A program made the position numbers and the translations under genes. Below are positions 49,824 to 60,448 of a stretch of DNA of 64,000 bases, piece after piece. The notes beneath the pieces were generated by a model. That model was not told where the DNA came from and did no database searches. It saw nothing but the letters and a program-made list of their open reading frames with translations. This stretch comes from an uncultured Aliarcobacter sp. Its GTDB lineage: Bacteria; Campylobacterota; Campylobacteria; Campylobacterales; Arcobacteraceae. The stretch covers positions 1,024,001 to 1,088,000 of the forward strand of contig CAXXLV010000002.1 of the NCBI GenBank assembly GCA_963664305.2, given 5' to 3'. How positions within the stretch are numbered: the first letter of the stretch is position 1; each line of letters begins with the position of its first letter.

Positions 49824-50532
49824 TATCTGCCTTTATACTATATGTAGAAGATTTTTTATATATATTTTCAACTTCATTTGTAAATTTATTATCGTCATCA
49901 AAAACAATTAATGGATTAAATATTTTTGTTAAAGATTTAGAATTTTTTCTTGCATAAATCAAAATAAGTGTTGCATCTTTTGATACTTTTGGATGAACAA
50001 ATTGTAAAGCTTCAATATTAAATTTATATTTATTTAATAACAATAATATTTCATTTATTTGTTTACAATCATAACAAAAGAAAAACTTTCCATCACTTTT
50101 TAATACTTCTGAAGTTTTTTTAATAAATTTTTCTAAAGGTAATGAATCATTATATCTTGCAATTTTTAAAGATTCATTTTCACTTTTTATAACTTCACAA
50201 TGATAAAAGGGAGGATTTGAAACACATATATCAAATTTTTTGTCAAACTCAATTAAATCAAATGAACCAGAATACAATTTTGTATTAATTTTATTTGTTA
50301 AAGCATTTTTTGTTGAGAAAAATTGAAACATATTTTGAATTTCACATTGATTTAAATTCAATTTTTTATATTCATTTGAAACTAATAAACCAAGAATTCC
50401 ACTTCCACTTCCAATATCTAAAATTTCACCTTTAATATTTTTATACTTTTTGAAATTTTCACAAATAAAATGAAATAAAAAATGTGTATCGCTATTATAA
50501 CAATATCCATTTTTGGGTTGATATAAAACCAA
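49816..50532 (-). CDS. tRNA1(Val) A37 N6-methyltransferase-like
   Basis: LDIGSGSG, SNPPF, ARY. Confidence 0.8.
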   Translation of the reverse strand: MVLYQPKNGYCYNSDTHFLFHFICENFKKYKNIKGEILDIGSGSGILGLLVSNEYKKLNLNQCEIQNMFQFFSTKNALTNKINTKLYSGSFDLIEFDKKFDICVSNPPFYHCEVIKSENESLKIARYNDSLPLEKFIKKTSEVLKSDGKFFFCYDCKQINEILLLLNKYKFNIEALQFVHPKVSKDATLILIYARKNSKSLTKIFNPLIVFDDDNKFTNEVENIYKKSSTYSIKADIE

Positions 50533-50829
50533 AAATCTTCCTTACCTAATTTATTATTATTATATCTAAGTTTCATAAATATGTCTTTTAAACCAAATAT
50601 TAATTAAGTCTTTCAATACATAATTAAATCTAAAAATTAAGCTTAATTATAGTTTATAAATTCAATTATAATCAAGCAATTTTTTTCTTGTAGCAAAATG
50701 TAACAAGACTGAAATTCACTTAAGAAAATCATAAATTTTATTTATCTTTGGAATGTTTATTGCTATCATTCAAGGATAATATATTGAGTTTGTTCAAGTA
50801 TTGATTTTAAAATAATTTAAGGAGAGATT

Positions 50830-51153
50830 ATGTCTAATATGGAAGCTCCTGCAAATACTCCTGTATGGGTAAATGAGGCTAGATGTAAGGCATGTGATAA
50901 GTGCGTTTCTGTTTGTCCTGCTGGCGTACTTGCAATGAGACAAGAAGTTCATTCTACTTTAGGTTCAATGATTAAAGTTGTTCATCCTGAATCATGTATT
51001 GGTTGTACAGACTGCGAGTTAGCATGTCCTGATTTTGCAATTTATGTTGCTGATAAAAAAGAGTACAAATTTGCAAAATTATCAAGTGATGCAAAAGAAA
51101 GAAAAGAAAAAATAGTTAAAAATAACTATAGAATATTAGATGAAGATTTGTAA
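50830..51153 (+). CDS. oorD: 2-oxoglutarate:acceptor oxidoreductase delta subunit
   Basis: Two C..C..C...CP ferredoxin motifs; first gene of the oor operon. Confidence 0.92.
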   Translation: MSNMEAPANTPVWVNEARCKACDKCVSVCPAGVLAMRQEVHSTLGSMIKVVHPESCIGCTDCELACPDFAIYVADKKEYKFAKLSSDAKERKEKIVKNNYRILDEDL

Positions 51154-51162
51154 GGAGAATTG

Positions 51163-52293
51163 ATGTCAAGAGAAGTAATTTCAACAGGAAATGAATTAGC
51201 TGCAAGAGCAGCAATTGATTCAGGTTGTGAGTTTTTTGGTGGTTATCCAATTACTCCTTCAAGTGAAATAATGCACGTACTTTCTTCTGCATTACCAGCA
51301 AGAGGTGGGGTTTCTATCCAAATGGAAGATGAAATTTCTGGAATTTGTACTGCATTAGGTGCTGCAATGTCAGGTAAAAGAGCTATGACTGCAACATCAG
51401 GACCTGGTATCTCTTTAAAAGCAGAAAACTTAGGAGTTGGATATATTTCTGAAGTTCCTTTAGTTGTTGTAAACGTTATGAGAGGTGGTCCATCAACTGG
51501 TCTTCCTACAAGAGTTGCACAAGGTGATATTTTACAAGCTAAAAATCCAACTCATGGTGATGTTAAATCAATTACTTTAGTTCCTGGAAATTTAAGTGAG
51601 TGTTATACTGAAGTTGTAAGAGCATTTAACTTAGCAGATAGATTTATGCAACCAGTATTTGTTTTATTAGATGAAACTATTGGGCATATGAGTGGAAAAG
51701 CTACTCTTCCTGAATTAGAAGAAGTTGAAAAAAACAAAATTGTAAGAAAAAGATTTGATGGTGACAAAAAAGACTATAAACCTTATGGAGTTGGAGCTGA
51801 TGAACCAGCTGTATTAAATCCAATGTTTGAAGGTTATAGATACCACTTTACTGGACTTCATCATGGACCAACAGGACATCCAACTGAAGATGCTGAAATG
51901 TGTGATGCTTTAATGAAAAGATTATTCAAAAAAGTAGATGCTCACTTAGATGAATTAGAATTAAATGAAGAATATATGTTAGATGACGCTGAGATTATGA
52001 TTATTGCTTATGGTTCTGTTTCTTTAGGTGTTACAGAAGCTATTAATAGATTAAGAAAAGAAGGTATCAAAGTTGGTATGTTCAGACCATTAACTATTTG
52101 GCCAAGTCCAGCAAAAAGAATCAATGAATTAATGAAAAAATTTGACAAAGTATTAGTTGCTGAGTTAAATATGGGTCAATTTGTTGAAGAAGTACAAAGA
52201 GTATCTGGAAGATCTGATTTTGATACTTTATTCAAAGCAAATGGTAGACCTTTATCTCCACTAGAAATTATTGAAAAAGTGAAAGGAATGTAA
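51163..52293 (+). CDS. oorA: 2-oxoglutarate:acceptor oxidoreductase alpha subunit
   Basis: GYPITPS, QMEDE, RGGPSTGLPT. Confidence 0.93.
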   Translation: MSREVISTGNELAARAAIDSGCEFFGGYPITPSSEIMHVLSSALPARGGVSIQMEDEISGICTALGAAMSGKRAMTATSGPGISLKAENLGVGYISEVPLVVVNVMRGGPSTGLPTRVAQGDILQAKNPTHGDVKSITLVPGNLSECYTEVVRAFNLADRFMQPVFVLLDETIGHMSGKATLPELEEVEKNKIVRKRFDGDKKDYKPYGVGADEPAVLNPMFEGYRYHFTGLHHGPTGHPTEDAEMCDALMKRLFKKVDAHLDELELNEEYMLDDAEIMIIAYGSVSLGVTEAINRLRKEGIKVGMFRPLTIWPSPAKRINELMKKFDKVLVAELNMGQFVEEVQRVSGRSDFDTLFKANGRPLSPLEIIEKVKGM

Positions 52294-52295
52294 TC

Positions 52296-53129
52296 ATGGC
52301 TTTTAATTACGATGAATATTTAAGAACAGACAAAATGCCAACATTATGGTGTTGGGGATGTGGTGATGGAGTTATTTTAAAAGCTGTTATTAGAGCCATT
52401 GAAAAACTTGAATGGAATATGGATGATGTTTGTGTTGTTTCTGGAATTGGTTGTTCTGGAAGATTTTCTTCATACATTAACTGTAATACAGTTCACACAA
52501 CTCACGGAAGAACTTTAGCTTATGCAACTGGAATTAAATTAGCAAATCCAGATAAAAAAGTTATTGTTGTTGGTGGAGATGGTGATGGTCTTGCAATCGG
52601 TGGAAATCACACAATTCATGCATCAAGAAGAAATATTGACTTAAATTATATTATTATCAATAACTTTATTTATGGATTAACAAACTCTCAAACAAGTCCT
52701 ACAACTCCTCAAGGAATGTGGACAGTAACAATGAGTAGAGGAAATATTGACCCTACTTTTGATGCTTGTAAACTAGTTGAAGCTGCAGGTGCTTCATTTG
52801 TTGCAAGAGAAACAATGCTTGACCCTAAAAAATTAGAAAAAACTCTAGTTAAAGCTTTTGAACATAAAGGTTTCTCTTTTGTTGAAGTATTCTCTAACTG
52901 TCACGTAAACTTAGGAAGAAAAAATAAAATGGCTACTGCTATGGCTAACTTAGAGTGGATTGATTCTATTTCTATGTCAAAAACTAAGTTTGATAAATTA
53001 GAGCCAGAAGAGCAAAAAGGTATCTTCCCAACTGGTATTTTAAAACAAGATACAGAAGCTATGGAATATTGTGAAGCTTACGAAAAAGTTAAAGAAGCTC
53101 AAAAAAATAAAACTATGGTTCAATTATAA
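52296..53129 (+). CDS. oorB: 2-oxoglutarate:acceptor oxidoreductase beta subunit
   Basis: WCWGCG, SGIGCS, GDGD TPP-binding motif. Confidence 0.93.
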   Translation: MAFNYDEYLRTDKMPTLWCWGCGDGVILKAVIRAIEKLEWNMDDVCVVSGIGCSGRFSSYINCNTVHTTHGRTLAYATGIKLANPDKKVIVVGGDGDGLAIGGNHTIHASRRNIDLNYIIINNFIYGLTNSQTSPTTPQGMWTVTMSRGNIDPTFDACKLVEAAGASFVARETMLDPKKLEKTLVKAFEHKGFSFVEVFSNCHVNLGRKNKMATAMANLEWIDSISMSKTKFDKLEPEEQKGIFPTGILKQDTEAMEYCEAYEKVKEAQKNKTMVQL

Positions 53130-53138
53130 GGAGTACAC

Positions 53139-53708
53139 ATGTCAGCAAATAGAACTTTAATGAGATTTACAGGTGTTGGTGGACAAGGTGTACTTCTTGC
53201 AGGTGCGATTTTCGCAGCTGCAAAAATCAATAATGGTGGATATGGATTAAAAACAGCTACTTATACTTCTCAAGTAAGAGGTGGACCAACTGTTGTTGAT
53301 ATTACTTTACAAGATGAAGAAATATTATATCCTTATGCAAATGATGGTGAAATTGATTTCATGTTATCAGTTGCTCAAGTTTCTTATAATCAATTCAAAA
53401 ATGGTGTAAAAGAAGGTGGGGTTATCGTTGTTGAACCAAATCTTGTATCACCAACTGAAGAAGATAGAAAAAAATGGAAAATCTATGAGATTCCAATTAT
53501 TACAATTGCGAAAGAAGAAGTTGGTAATGTTATTACTCAATCTGTTTTAGCATTAGCAATGGCTAACTATTTTACAGGTGAAACAGTGCCAAATGATGTA
53601 TTAAGAAAAACAATGCTTTCAAAAGTACCTGAAAAAGTACATGAAATAAACAATAAAGCATTTGATTTAGGTCTTAAATACGCTAAAGAAGCACAAGCAA
53701 ACGCTTAA
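53139..53708 (+). CDS. oorC: 2-oxoglutarate:acceptor oxidoreductase gamma subunit
   Basis: GVGGQG, YTSQVRGG. Confidence 0.93.
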   Translation: MSANRTLMRFTGVGGQGVLLAGAIFAAAKINNGGYGLKTATYTSQVRGGPTVVDITLQDEEILYPYANDGEIDFMLSVAQVSYNQFKNGVKEGGVIVVEPNLVSPTEEDRKKWKIYEIPIITIAKEEVGNVITQSVLALAMANYFTGETVPNDVLRKTMLSKVPEKVHEINNKAFDLGLKYAKEAQANA

Positions 53709-53737
53709 TAAAAAGCCCTTGGGGCTTTTTATTTTTT
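53707..53737. terminator. Bidirectional intrinsic terminator
   Basis: AATAAAAAGCCC-TTG-GGGCTTTTTATT. Confidence 0.85.
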
Positions 53738-54281
53738 ACTCTTTTATAAATTTATTATAATCTTCAATTTTTTCTTTTAATCTATTTGCTAAATATATAT
53801 TTGAATTTCCTAAACATGATAAGATAAAACTTGCTTCTTTTTGATAAGCTTTAATTTTTTCATTATCCCAATGTTTTGGTGGAATTCCTAAATTAGTTAT
53901 CCTATCAGCCAATTTTACCATTTGAATTTCATAAGGTTGAGTAAGCAATTTTTCTATACTATCTCTCATTTGCTCTTGCTTTGAAGTTAAACTTTTATCT
54001 TTAGTTAATGCTTCAACACCATTTGCAATATCTTCTCCAAATTTTACATATAATTCATCATAAGTAATATTTGTATCTTCAATTATATCATGTAATAAAG
54101 CACAACTTATTGCCAAATCTGCTTTTTTTTCATCTAATTTTGATTTTATACAAGCATTTATTACTTCCATTGCAACACAAGTTATATGAGCAATATAAGG
54201 ATAACCTTTTGGTGTTTTTTGCTCTCCATGAGCATTTGTTGCAAATTCAAGAATCTGAATATAATTTTCTTGAGAGAACAT
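53736..54281 (-). CDS. Stand-alone HD hydrolase, (p)ppGpp hydrolase/Mesh1-like
   Basis: AH.EQ, PYI.H, LLHDIIEDT, V.ALTK, VKLADRI.NL. Confidence 0.85.
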   Translation of the reverse strand: MFSQENYIQILEFATNAHGEQKTPKGYPYIAHITCVAMEVINACIKSKLDEKKADLAISCALLHDIIEDTNITYDELYVKFGEDIANGVEALTKDKSLTSKQEQMRDSIEKLLTQPYEIQMVKLADRITNLGIPPKHWDNEKIKAYQKEASFILSCLGNSNIYLANRLKEKIEDYNKFIKE

Positions 54282-54285
54282 AAAT

Positions 54286-55104
54286 CTAATCCTTTTTTTG
54301 TTGATTATTAATTATATTATCACTTTTTGAAAAACTTATTAATTCCTCTACTGTTTTAACAACATTTAAATCTAGATTTTCTAAACATTTTTTAAAAACT
54401 ATTGCAGTTGTAAGGGCATCATAATATGCTCTATGATGATTACTTACATCTATATTTAATAACTCTTTTAAAGAACTCAATCCATATTTTTCTGATTGTA
54501 TAGTTCTTTTTGCTAAATCAATTGTACAAAGTTTTCGATTTAAAAGTTTTCCTAAATTAAATTTTTCAAAAGAATCAGAAATAAATGTATAATCAAATTT
54601 TATATCGTGAGCAACAAAAACATCATCGCCTAAAAAAATTTTAAAATCTTGTAAAACTTTTTCTAATCTTGGGGCATTTTCAAGCATCTTTAGATTTATT
54701 TTTGTTACTTCTTGAACATAAGGAGGTATCTCTTTTGCAAAAACTAAAGATTCAAATTTATCTATAATTTCTCCATTTTTATACTTTACAGCTCCTAATT
54801 CAATAATTTGATAACCTTTTTTTGCACTTCCACCATTTGTTTCAATATCAACAATACAAAATATTTGTTCATTAATAGGTGTTTTTAAAGTTTTCAAACA
54901 TACAAATTCTTCTTCAAAATCTAATGGTAAACCATTTGATATTAATAACTCAAATTCAAGTTCAGGGTCTTCATAAATTGTATCATTTGCTTTTTCTAAT
55001 AAATCAAAAAATTCACTATATAAAATTGGCTCTTTAATTAATCTTTGTAAAATATTTTGCAATTTTATTTGTGGTTTAGGAATAACCCTTTTATTTGATT
55101 TCAT
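54286..55104 (-). CDS. DEDDh 3'-5' exonuclease (DnaQ-like)
   Basis: VDIET, VAH...FD, HRA..DA. Confidence 0.9.
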   Translation of the reverse strand: MKSNKRVIPKPQIKLQNILQRLIKEPILYSEFFDLLEKANDTIYEDPELEFELLISNGLPLDFEEEFVCLKTLKTPINEQIFCIVDIETNGGSAKKGYQIIELGAVKYKNGEIIDKFESLVFAKEIPPYVQEVTKINLKMLENAPRLEKVLQDFKIFLGDDVFVAHDIKFDYTFISDSFEKFNLGKLLNRKLCTIDLAKRTIQSEKYGLSSLKELLNIDVSNHHRAYYDALTTAIVFKKCLENLDLNVVKTVEELISFSKSDNIINNQQKKD

Positions 55105-55687
55105 TTGCCTCTTTTACAAAATCAATCATTTTTTGTCTATCTTTTATCCCTTTAACTTCTGATTCTACGCCAGAACTTACATCAACACCATAAAAACCAA
55201 AACCATTTATCTCTTTTAAATTTTCAGTTGTTAATCCACCAGCAAGTATAAACCTAGAACAATCAATACTTTCAAACCAATCAAGGGCAATTCTTTTACC
55301 TTCTCCACCAAAACTATCAACAAAAGCATCAACTAAATAATACTCTTTATTTAAATTCAATAAATCTTTTTTCTCTTTAGCTCTGATTACTTTTATATAT
55401 TTAGGAGAAATTTTTTCATAATTTAAAACATCAAAATCATCTATAATTTGAGCTAATTGCATTTTTGCATCATTACAAACTTCATTGATAAATTCTTCTG
55501 TTTCATTTACAAATAAACCAACAGTTTGAACAAAAGGAGGAAGCTTTTCAGCAATCTCTTTTGCTTTTAATGGTTCAATATATCTTGGTGATTTTTTATA
55601 AAATACAAAACCTAATGCACTTGCACCAGCATTTATTGCCTCAAGTGCATCTTGCAGATTTGTTATTCCACAAATTTTTACTCTCAT
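55091..55687 (-). CDS. trpF: Phosphoribosylanthranilate isomerase
   Basis: VKICGIT, SPRY, LAGGL, VDVSSGVE. Confidence 0.95.
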   Translation of the reverse strand: MRVKICGITNLQDALEAINAGASALGFVFYKKSPRYIEPLKAKEIAEKLPPFVQTVGLFVNETEEFINEVCNDAKMQLAQIIDDFDVLNYEKISPKYIKVIRAKEKKDLLNLNKEYYLVDAFVDSFGGEGKRIALDWFESIDCSRFILAGGLTTENLKEINGFGFYGVDVSSGVESEVKGIKDRQKMIDFVKEANEIK

Positions 55688-55688
55688 T

Positions 55689-56330
55689 TTACACCTGCAA
55701 ACTTTTTATAGCTTTACTATAATCATCATTCCCAAATACATAAGATCCAGCAACAACAACATCAACTCCAGCATCTTTTAGTTCATGAATATTTTTATCA
55801 TTAACTCCACCATCAACTTCAATTAGACAGTTTGGATTTCTTTTGTTTATTAACTCTTTTAATTTTTTTGCTTTTTCAATAACTGAAGGAATAAATTTTT
55901 GTCCTCCAAAACCTGGATTTACAGACATTAATAAAACCATATCTAAATCTTCTAATAAATACTCTATTGATTCAGGTGTTGAATGTGGATTTAAAACAAT
56001 TGCTGGTTTTATTCCATAATCTCTTATTTTTTGTATAAGTCTATGAGGGTGTTTTTCACTTTCAATATGGAAAGAGATATATTCTGGTTTACAAGGTGCA
56101 AATAAATCTACAAAAAATGTATTATTTTCAACCATTAGATGTATATCAAGTGGCTTTGTTGCAACTTTTGCAACAGGATTTACTACAACTGGTCCAATCG
56201 TCATATTTGGGACAAAATGTCCATCCATTACATCAACATGAATTAAATCACATCCACCATCACAAATAGCTTTTATTTCATTTGCTAAATTTCCAAAATC
56301 TGCAGATAATATAGAAGGTGCAACAAGCAT
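55689..56330 (-). CDS. rpe: Ribulose-phosphate 3-epimerase
   Basis: APSILSADF, HVDVMDGHFVPN, MSVNPGFGGQ, VDGG. Confidence 0.97.
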   Translation of the reverse strand: MLVAPSILSADFGNLANEIKAICDGGCDLIHVDVMDGHFVPNMTIGPVVVNPVAKVATKPLDIHLMVENNTFFVDLFAPCKPEYISFHIESEKHPHRLIQKIRDYGIKPAIVLNPHSTPESIEYLLEDLDMVLLMSVNPGFGGQKFIPSVIEKAKKLKELINKRNPNCLIEVDGGVNDKNIHELKDAGVDVVVAGSYVFGNDDYSKAIKSLQV

Positions 56331-56453
56331 TGAAAATAACCTTTTTTTCTAATTTTTGCCGATTATATCATTAAAACTCTTTTATAATGTATAAAAATTT
56401 ATATATAATATTTTTTGATGTAAAATAAAAATAAAAAAATAAAATGGTAATTT

Positions 56454-57464
56454 ATGAAAAAATTTCTTCCTTTGCTTATTTGTAGTTTTTCCTTTGCAGA
56501 AGATGTAAGTAGTATATATCAAGAAGCTCAAAATCAAGAAAATCTTGGAAATTATAAAGAAGCTATGCTTTTATATAAAAAAGTTGCTGAGGCAAATATT
56601 TCTAAAGAAGATAAATATATTCTTGATTTAGCAAAAGACCAAGAACATAGAGTTGAAACTTTTACTACAATGAAAAGAGATTTTTATCAAAAACAAATTG
56701 ATAAAATAAAAGATAAAGAGACGGATGAAAATTTAGAACAAATTATCACAAAAGATTTTAATCTATATCCATATAAAAAAAATTATCTATTACCTGTAAA
56801 TTATAATTTTAATGATATTGAAAATAGAAATAATGTTGAAACAACTTTCCAAATAAGTGTTGAAAAACCTATTTCTTATAATTTCTTAGGTTTAAATGAA
56901 TCAATAAGTGCCGCTTATACTCAAAAATCTTTTTGGCAAACAACTGAAGATTCTTCACCATTTAGAGAAACAAATTATGAACCAGAAATTTTTATACAGT
57001 TTCCATATAAAGAAAATTCTGTTTTAAAAGCTTATAAATTATCTTTAATGCACTCATCAAATGGAAGAAATGATGAAAATTCTAGGTCATGGAATAAAAT
57101 ATATTTAGAAGCATACTACCAATTCTCTAATCTTTTTTTAATTCCTAAAGTTTGGTATAGAATTCCTGAAGAAAAAGGAAGTGATGATAATCCTGATATA
57201 GAAGATTATTATGGATATGGAGATTTAACTCTTTTATATGCTTATAAAAAACACACTTTTGAACTTCTTTTAAGAAACAACCTAAAGTTTAGTGATTCAA
57301 ATAAAGGAGCAGTTGAATTAAATTGGACATTCCCTCTTCCTGAATTTTTATCAACAAAAAATACTTATGGAATGTTGCAATTATTCTCTGGTTATGGGAA
57401 TAGTTTAATTGATTATGATAGAGAAATAAATAAGATTGGTTTGGGAATAGCTTTTTCTAGATAA
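56454..57464 (+). CDS. pldA: Outer-membrane phospholipase A
   Basis: YTQ.S.WQ, SPFRETNYEPE, H.SNG....SRSWN, GYG.SLIDY. Confidence 0.92.
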   Translation: MKKFLPLLICSFSFAEDVSSIYQEAQNQENLGNYKEAMLLYKKVAEANISKEDKYILDLAKDQEHRVETFTTMKRDFYQKQIDKIKDKETDENLEQIITKDFNLYPYKKNYLLPVNYNFNDIENRNNVETTFQISVEKPISYNFLGLNESISAAYTQKSFWQTTEDSSPFRETNYEPEIFIQFPYKENSVLKAYKLSLMHSSNGRNDENSRSWNKIYLEAYYQFSNLFLIPKVWYRIPEEKGSDDNPDIEDYYGYGDLTLLYAYKKHTFELLLRNNLKFSDSNKGAVELNWTFPLPEFLSTKNTYGMLQLFSGYGNSLIDYDREINKIGLGIAFSR

Positions 57465-57471
57465 AAAGCTA

Positions 57472-57918
57472 TTATTTTAGATTTTTAATATAATAAAAAA
57501 TTGCTTCTATCTCTTCTTCAACTAAGAAGTAAGTAGGCATTACATTTGCATAATATATCAATTTATCACAAACTTGTTCTTTATCAAATTTAAAATTTGG
57601 ATTTTTTTTAGAATTAACTTTTACAGAAAATGTTTCATAATCAATATCTTTAATATCAGGTGCAACTAAACTACAGTTATACATCTTCTTTTCATGTTCT
57701 TGTTTAAATTCAACTATTTTTTTACCTCTTGCGTCATCTCCATGACACTTGTTACACCCTATTCCTCTTGGGTTATTATAAAGCATTTTTCCATATTCAT
57801 ATTTTGTAATAAAAGAGTTATTAATATCTAATTGTTCCGGAGTTGGAATAGGTGCAGGTTGTTCTTCTGCATTTAAAATTGAAAAAAATATTGAAAGAAA
57901 AAAAATCAATTTTCTCAT
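57472..57918 (-). CDS. Periplasmic monohaem cytochrome c
   Basis: Signal peptide; CNKCH; distal MP. Confidence 0.85.
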   Translation of the reverse strand: MRKLIFFLSIFFSILNAEEQPAPIPTPEQLDINNSFITKYEYGKMLYNNPRGIGCNKCHGDDARGKKIVEFKQEHEKKMYNCSLVAPDIKDIDYETFSVKVNSKKNPNFKFDKEQVCDKLIYYANVMPTYFLVEEEIEAIFYYIKNLK

Positions 57919-58500
57919 TTATAATCCTAACTCTTGTCTATTTTTTAAAAACCAATAAAAACTAAACATCAATCCTGGTGTTTTTGCTTTTTCTTCATCA
58001 AAAATAAAATCATCACATTCACTTAAAGGTAAAAAATGTAATTCAATTTGTTCATCATTTACTCCACCACCATTATGAATTTTCATTGTTTCATCAATCG
58101 TAGCAAAATATAGATATTGTCTTCCTCCACTAATTCCAACGTTTGTGTAAAAAGAACTAATTTTTAAAATATCATCTATATGAACTTTATATCCACACTC
58201 TTCATCAATTTCTTCTATAACTATCTCTTCAATAGATTTATTTTTATCAATCAATCCTGCACATAATTCATAAGTAAATGTTTTTGAATTATCATTTAAA
58301 TAAACTGGTGCTCTAAATTGTTTTACTAATAAAAAAGCATCTTTATCTTTATGATATAAAAGTATTGCAACACTGTCGTGACTTCTTACTGCTTCCCAAG
58401 TTTTTTCTTTTCCATTTTGATTAAAAGTAACTTTTACTGGATGAATAAATTTTGTATCTTTTAACTCAGAAATTCTAAAATCTTCAATTATATTTATCAT
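57919..58500 (-). CDS. Nudix hydrolase (NudK/NudF-like)
   Basis: QFR.PV, ELCAGLID, EI.EECGY, GGG..DE.IE; start trimmed to ATG 58500. Confidence 0.88.
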   Translation of the reverse strand: MINIIEDFRISELKDTKFIHPVKVTFNQNGKEKTWEAVRSHDSVAILLYHKDKDAFLLVKQFRAPVYLNDNSKTFTYELCAGLIDKNKSIEEIVIEEIDEECGYKVHIDDILKISSFYTNVGISGGRQYLYFATIDETMKIHNGGGVNDEQIELHFLPLSECDDFIFDEEKAKTPGLMFSFYWFLKNRQELGL

Positions 58501-58550
58501 AAATAATCTTTTATAAATTTTTTCGTATTCTAACAAAAAAAATATTCATT

Positions 58551-59735
58551 TTACTTTTGTAAAAAATCTTTAATAACAATCGAAGAAAAATCTATACTAA
58601 ATGTAGTTTCTTTATCAACTTCTGACTTTAAGTTTAACGTTAAATTATATTCATCACATATTCTTCTAACAATATCTAAACCTATTCCAAAACCACCTTC
58701 AATATTATTTCCTCTTTTATATCTTTTAAAAATCTCTTTTTGTTCTTCTTGACTAATTCCTATTCCAAAATCTCTTACTTTTAAGATATTTTTTTCTAAA
58801 AAAACCTCAATAACAGAATCTTTTTTACTATATTTTATAGCATTTGAAAGAAGATTATTTACAATTTTTTGTGTTTTTGTTCTATCCATTTTTATAAAAC
58901 AATCTTCTAACTCTGAATTTATTGTTATATTTTTTGTTATTGAAATATCGTTAAAAAATTCAACACTTTCACTAACCAATTCTTTTAAATTAAACTCTTC
59001 AAATACATCTTCATTTAATTCATTAAAAGCTGAAAAATGAATGTCATTATAGATTTGAGAAATCTGTTTTGAACTACTTAAAATATATTTCATCATTTTT
59101 TGAGGATTTTTCCCATTTTTCAACATAGAAACAGAAGTCATTAAAACTGAAATTGGTGTATTTAATTCATGAGCTGAATCTTTTATAAATTTATCCATTG
59201 CTTCAACTCTTTGTCTAACGGGATTTAATAAAATCTTCGATAATAAATATCCAATACAACCTATAAATATAGCACTTAAAAATAAAATCACTAAAATAAA
59301 AATCTGCAATTTATTTTTATTTTGAACTTCTTGACAAGTTTCTAAAACAATATATTTTATTGGAATATTTTCTTCATCTAAAGTTGTAATAAAGTAGTTA
59401 TAAAACTCATTTACATAACTGTTTTTAGAAAAATTCACATCGAACTTTTCATCTAAATATGAAAAAATTACTTTTTTATCTTTGTCAAAAAGTCCATATT
59501 TTATATTTATATTTTCCAATTTATTTGGATTAAACTTTTGATTTTTCATATGTTTATTAATAATTTCATTTTTTATATGCATTGAAGCATTGTGTAACTC
59601 CATAGTACAACTCTCTTCAAGCATTCTTGTTTCATTTTTATAATAAATATATAAAATTACTCCAATTAATAAAATTGCTGAAACTATATAAATAGTTAAA
59701 AAACTAATTAAAGCTTTTTTTTCATCTCTATTCAA
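58551..59735 (-). CDS. Sensor histidine kinase
   Basis: Two TM helices, AHELNTP, NLLSNAIKYS, D.GIGI, GFGIGL. Confidence 0.93.
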   Translation of the reverse strand: MNRDEKKALISFLTIYIVSAILLIGVILYIYYKNETRMLEESCTMELHNASMHIKNEIINKHMKNQKFNPNKLENINIKYGLFDKDKKVIFSYLDEKFDVNFSKNSYVNEFYNYFITTLDEENIPIKYIVLETCQEVQNKNKLQIFILVILFLSAIFIGCIGYLLSKILLNPVRQRVEAMDKFIKDSAHELNTPISVLMTSVSMLKNGKNPQKMMKYILSSSKQISQIYNDIHFSAFNELNEDVFEEFNLKELVSESVEFFNDISITKNITINSELEDCFIKMDRTKTQKIVNNLLSNAIKYSKKDSVIEVFLEKNILKVRDFGIGISQEEQKEIFKRYKRGNNIEGGFGIGLDIVRRICDEYNLTLNLKSEVDKETTFSIDFSSIVIKDFLQK

Positions 59736-60387
59736 ATCGATATCCTATAGCTCTAATAGTTGTGATTTTTTCTTTACCAATAATCTCTCTTAAATTTTTT
59801 ATATAAACTCTTATCGTTGCATCTGTAGGCATTTCATCATATACCCAAATGTTTTGAAGTAACTCTTCATTTGAAATTACTCTACTTTTATGAGTACAAA
59901 AATATTTTAAAATATCTCTTTCTTTTTGAGCAAGACTGATTATTTTATTATCTTTAAAAATTTGGCAAGTTTGTGGTTCAAAAAATATATTTTCATCTAT
60001 TTTGATTTTACTATCCTGTTCTATTAGAAAGTGCCTACAAAGTTTTGATATACGTTGGTCTAATTCTTCTAAATCAAAAGGTTTTTTAATATAGTCATCA
60101 ACACCATTTTCAAAAGACTCTTTTAGATGTTTTGTATCTTGAAAAGCTGTAAGAATAATAATTGGAGTATTGTTTTTATATTCATTTCTTACTCTTTTTA
60201 ATACTTCAATTCCACTGATTTTTGGTGTATTTATATCAAGTAAAGCTATATCAAATTTTTTATCAATCAAACTTTCTAAAGCATCTTGACCATCTGTACA
60301 TAAAGTTACTTCATAACCTTTATCGACCAAATGTTCATTAAGTAAATCACTCAATGCTACATCATCTTCTAATAACAAAACTTTCAT
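59728..60387 (-). CDS. OmpR-family response regulator
   Basis: LLLEDD, LLDI, KPF; winged-helix C-terminus. Confidence 0.93.
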   Translation of the reverse strand: MKVLLLEDDVALSDLLNEHLVDKGYEVTLCTDGQDALESLIDKKFDIALLDINTPKISGIEVLKRVRNEYKNNTPIIILTAFQDTKHLKESFENGVDDYIKKPFDLEELDQRISKLCRHFLIEQDSKIKIDENIFFEPQTCQIFKDNKIISLAQKERDILKYFCTHKSRVISNEELLQNIWVYDEMPTDATIRVYIKNLREIIGKEKITTIRAIGYRFE

Positions 60388-60448
60388 ATAAAATCCTAGT
60401 ATATAATTTTTATTATATTAAAGTTTTGTTTATTTAGTGTGTATGTGA

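Noticed and set aside
47360..55687. trpC and trpF outside a trp operon
   Set aside because: Dispersed trp genes are common in this lineage; both look intact and sit in core gene runs.
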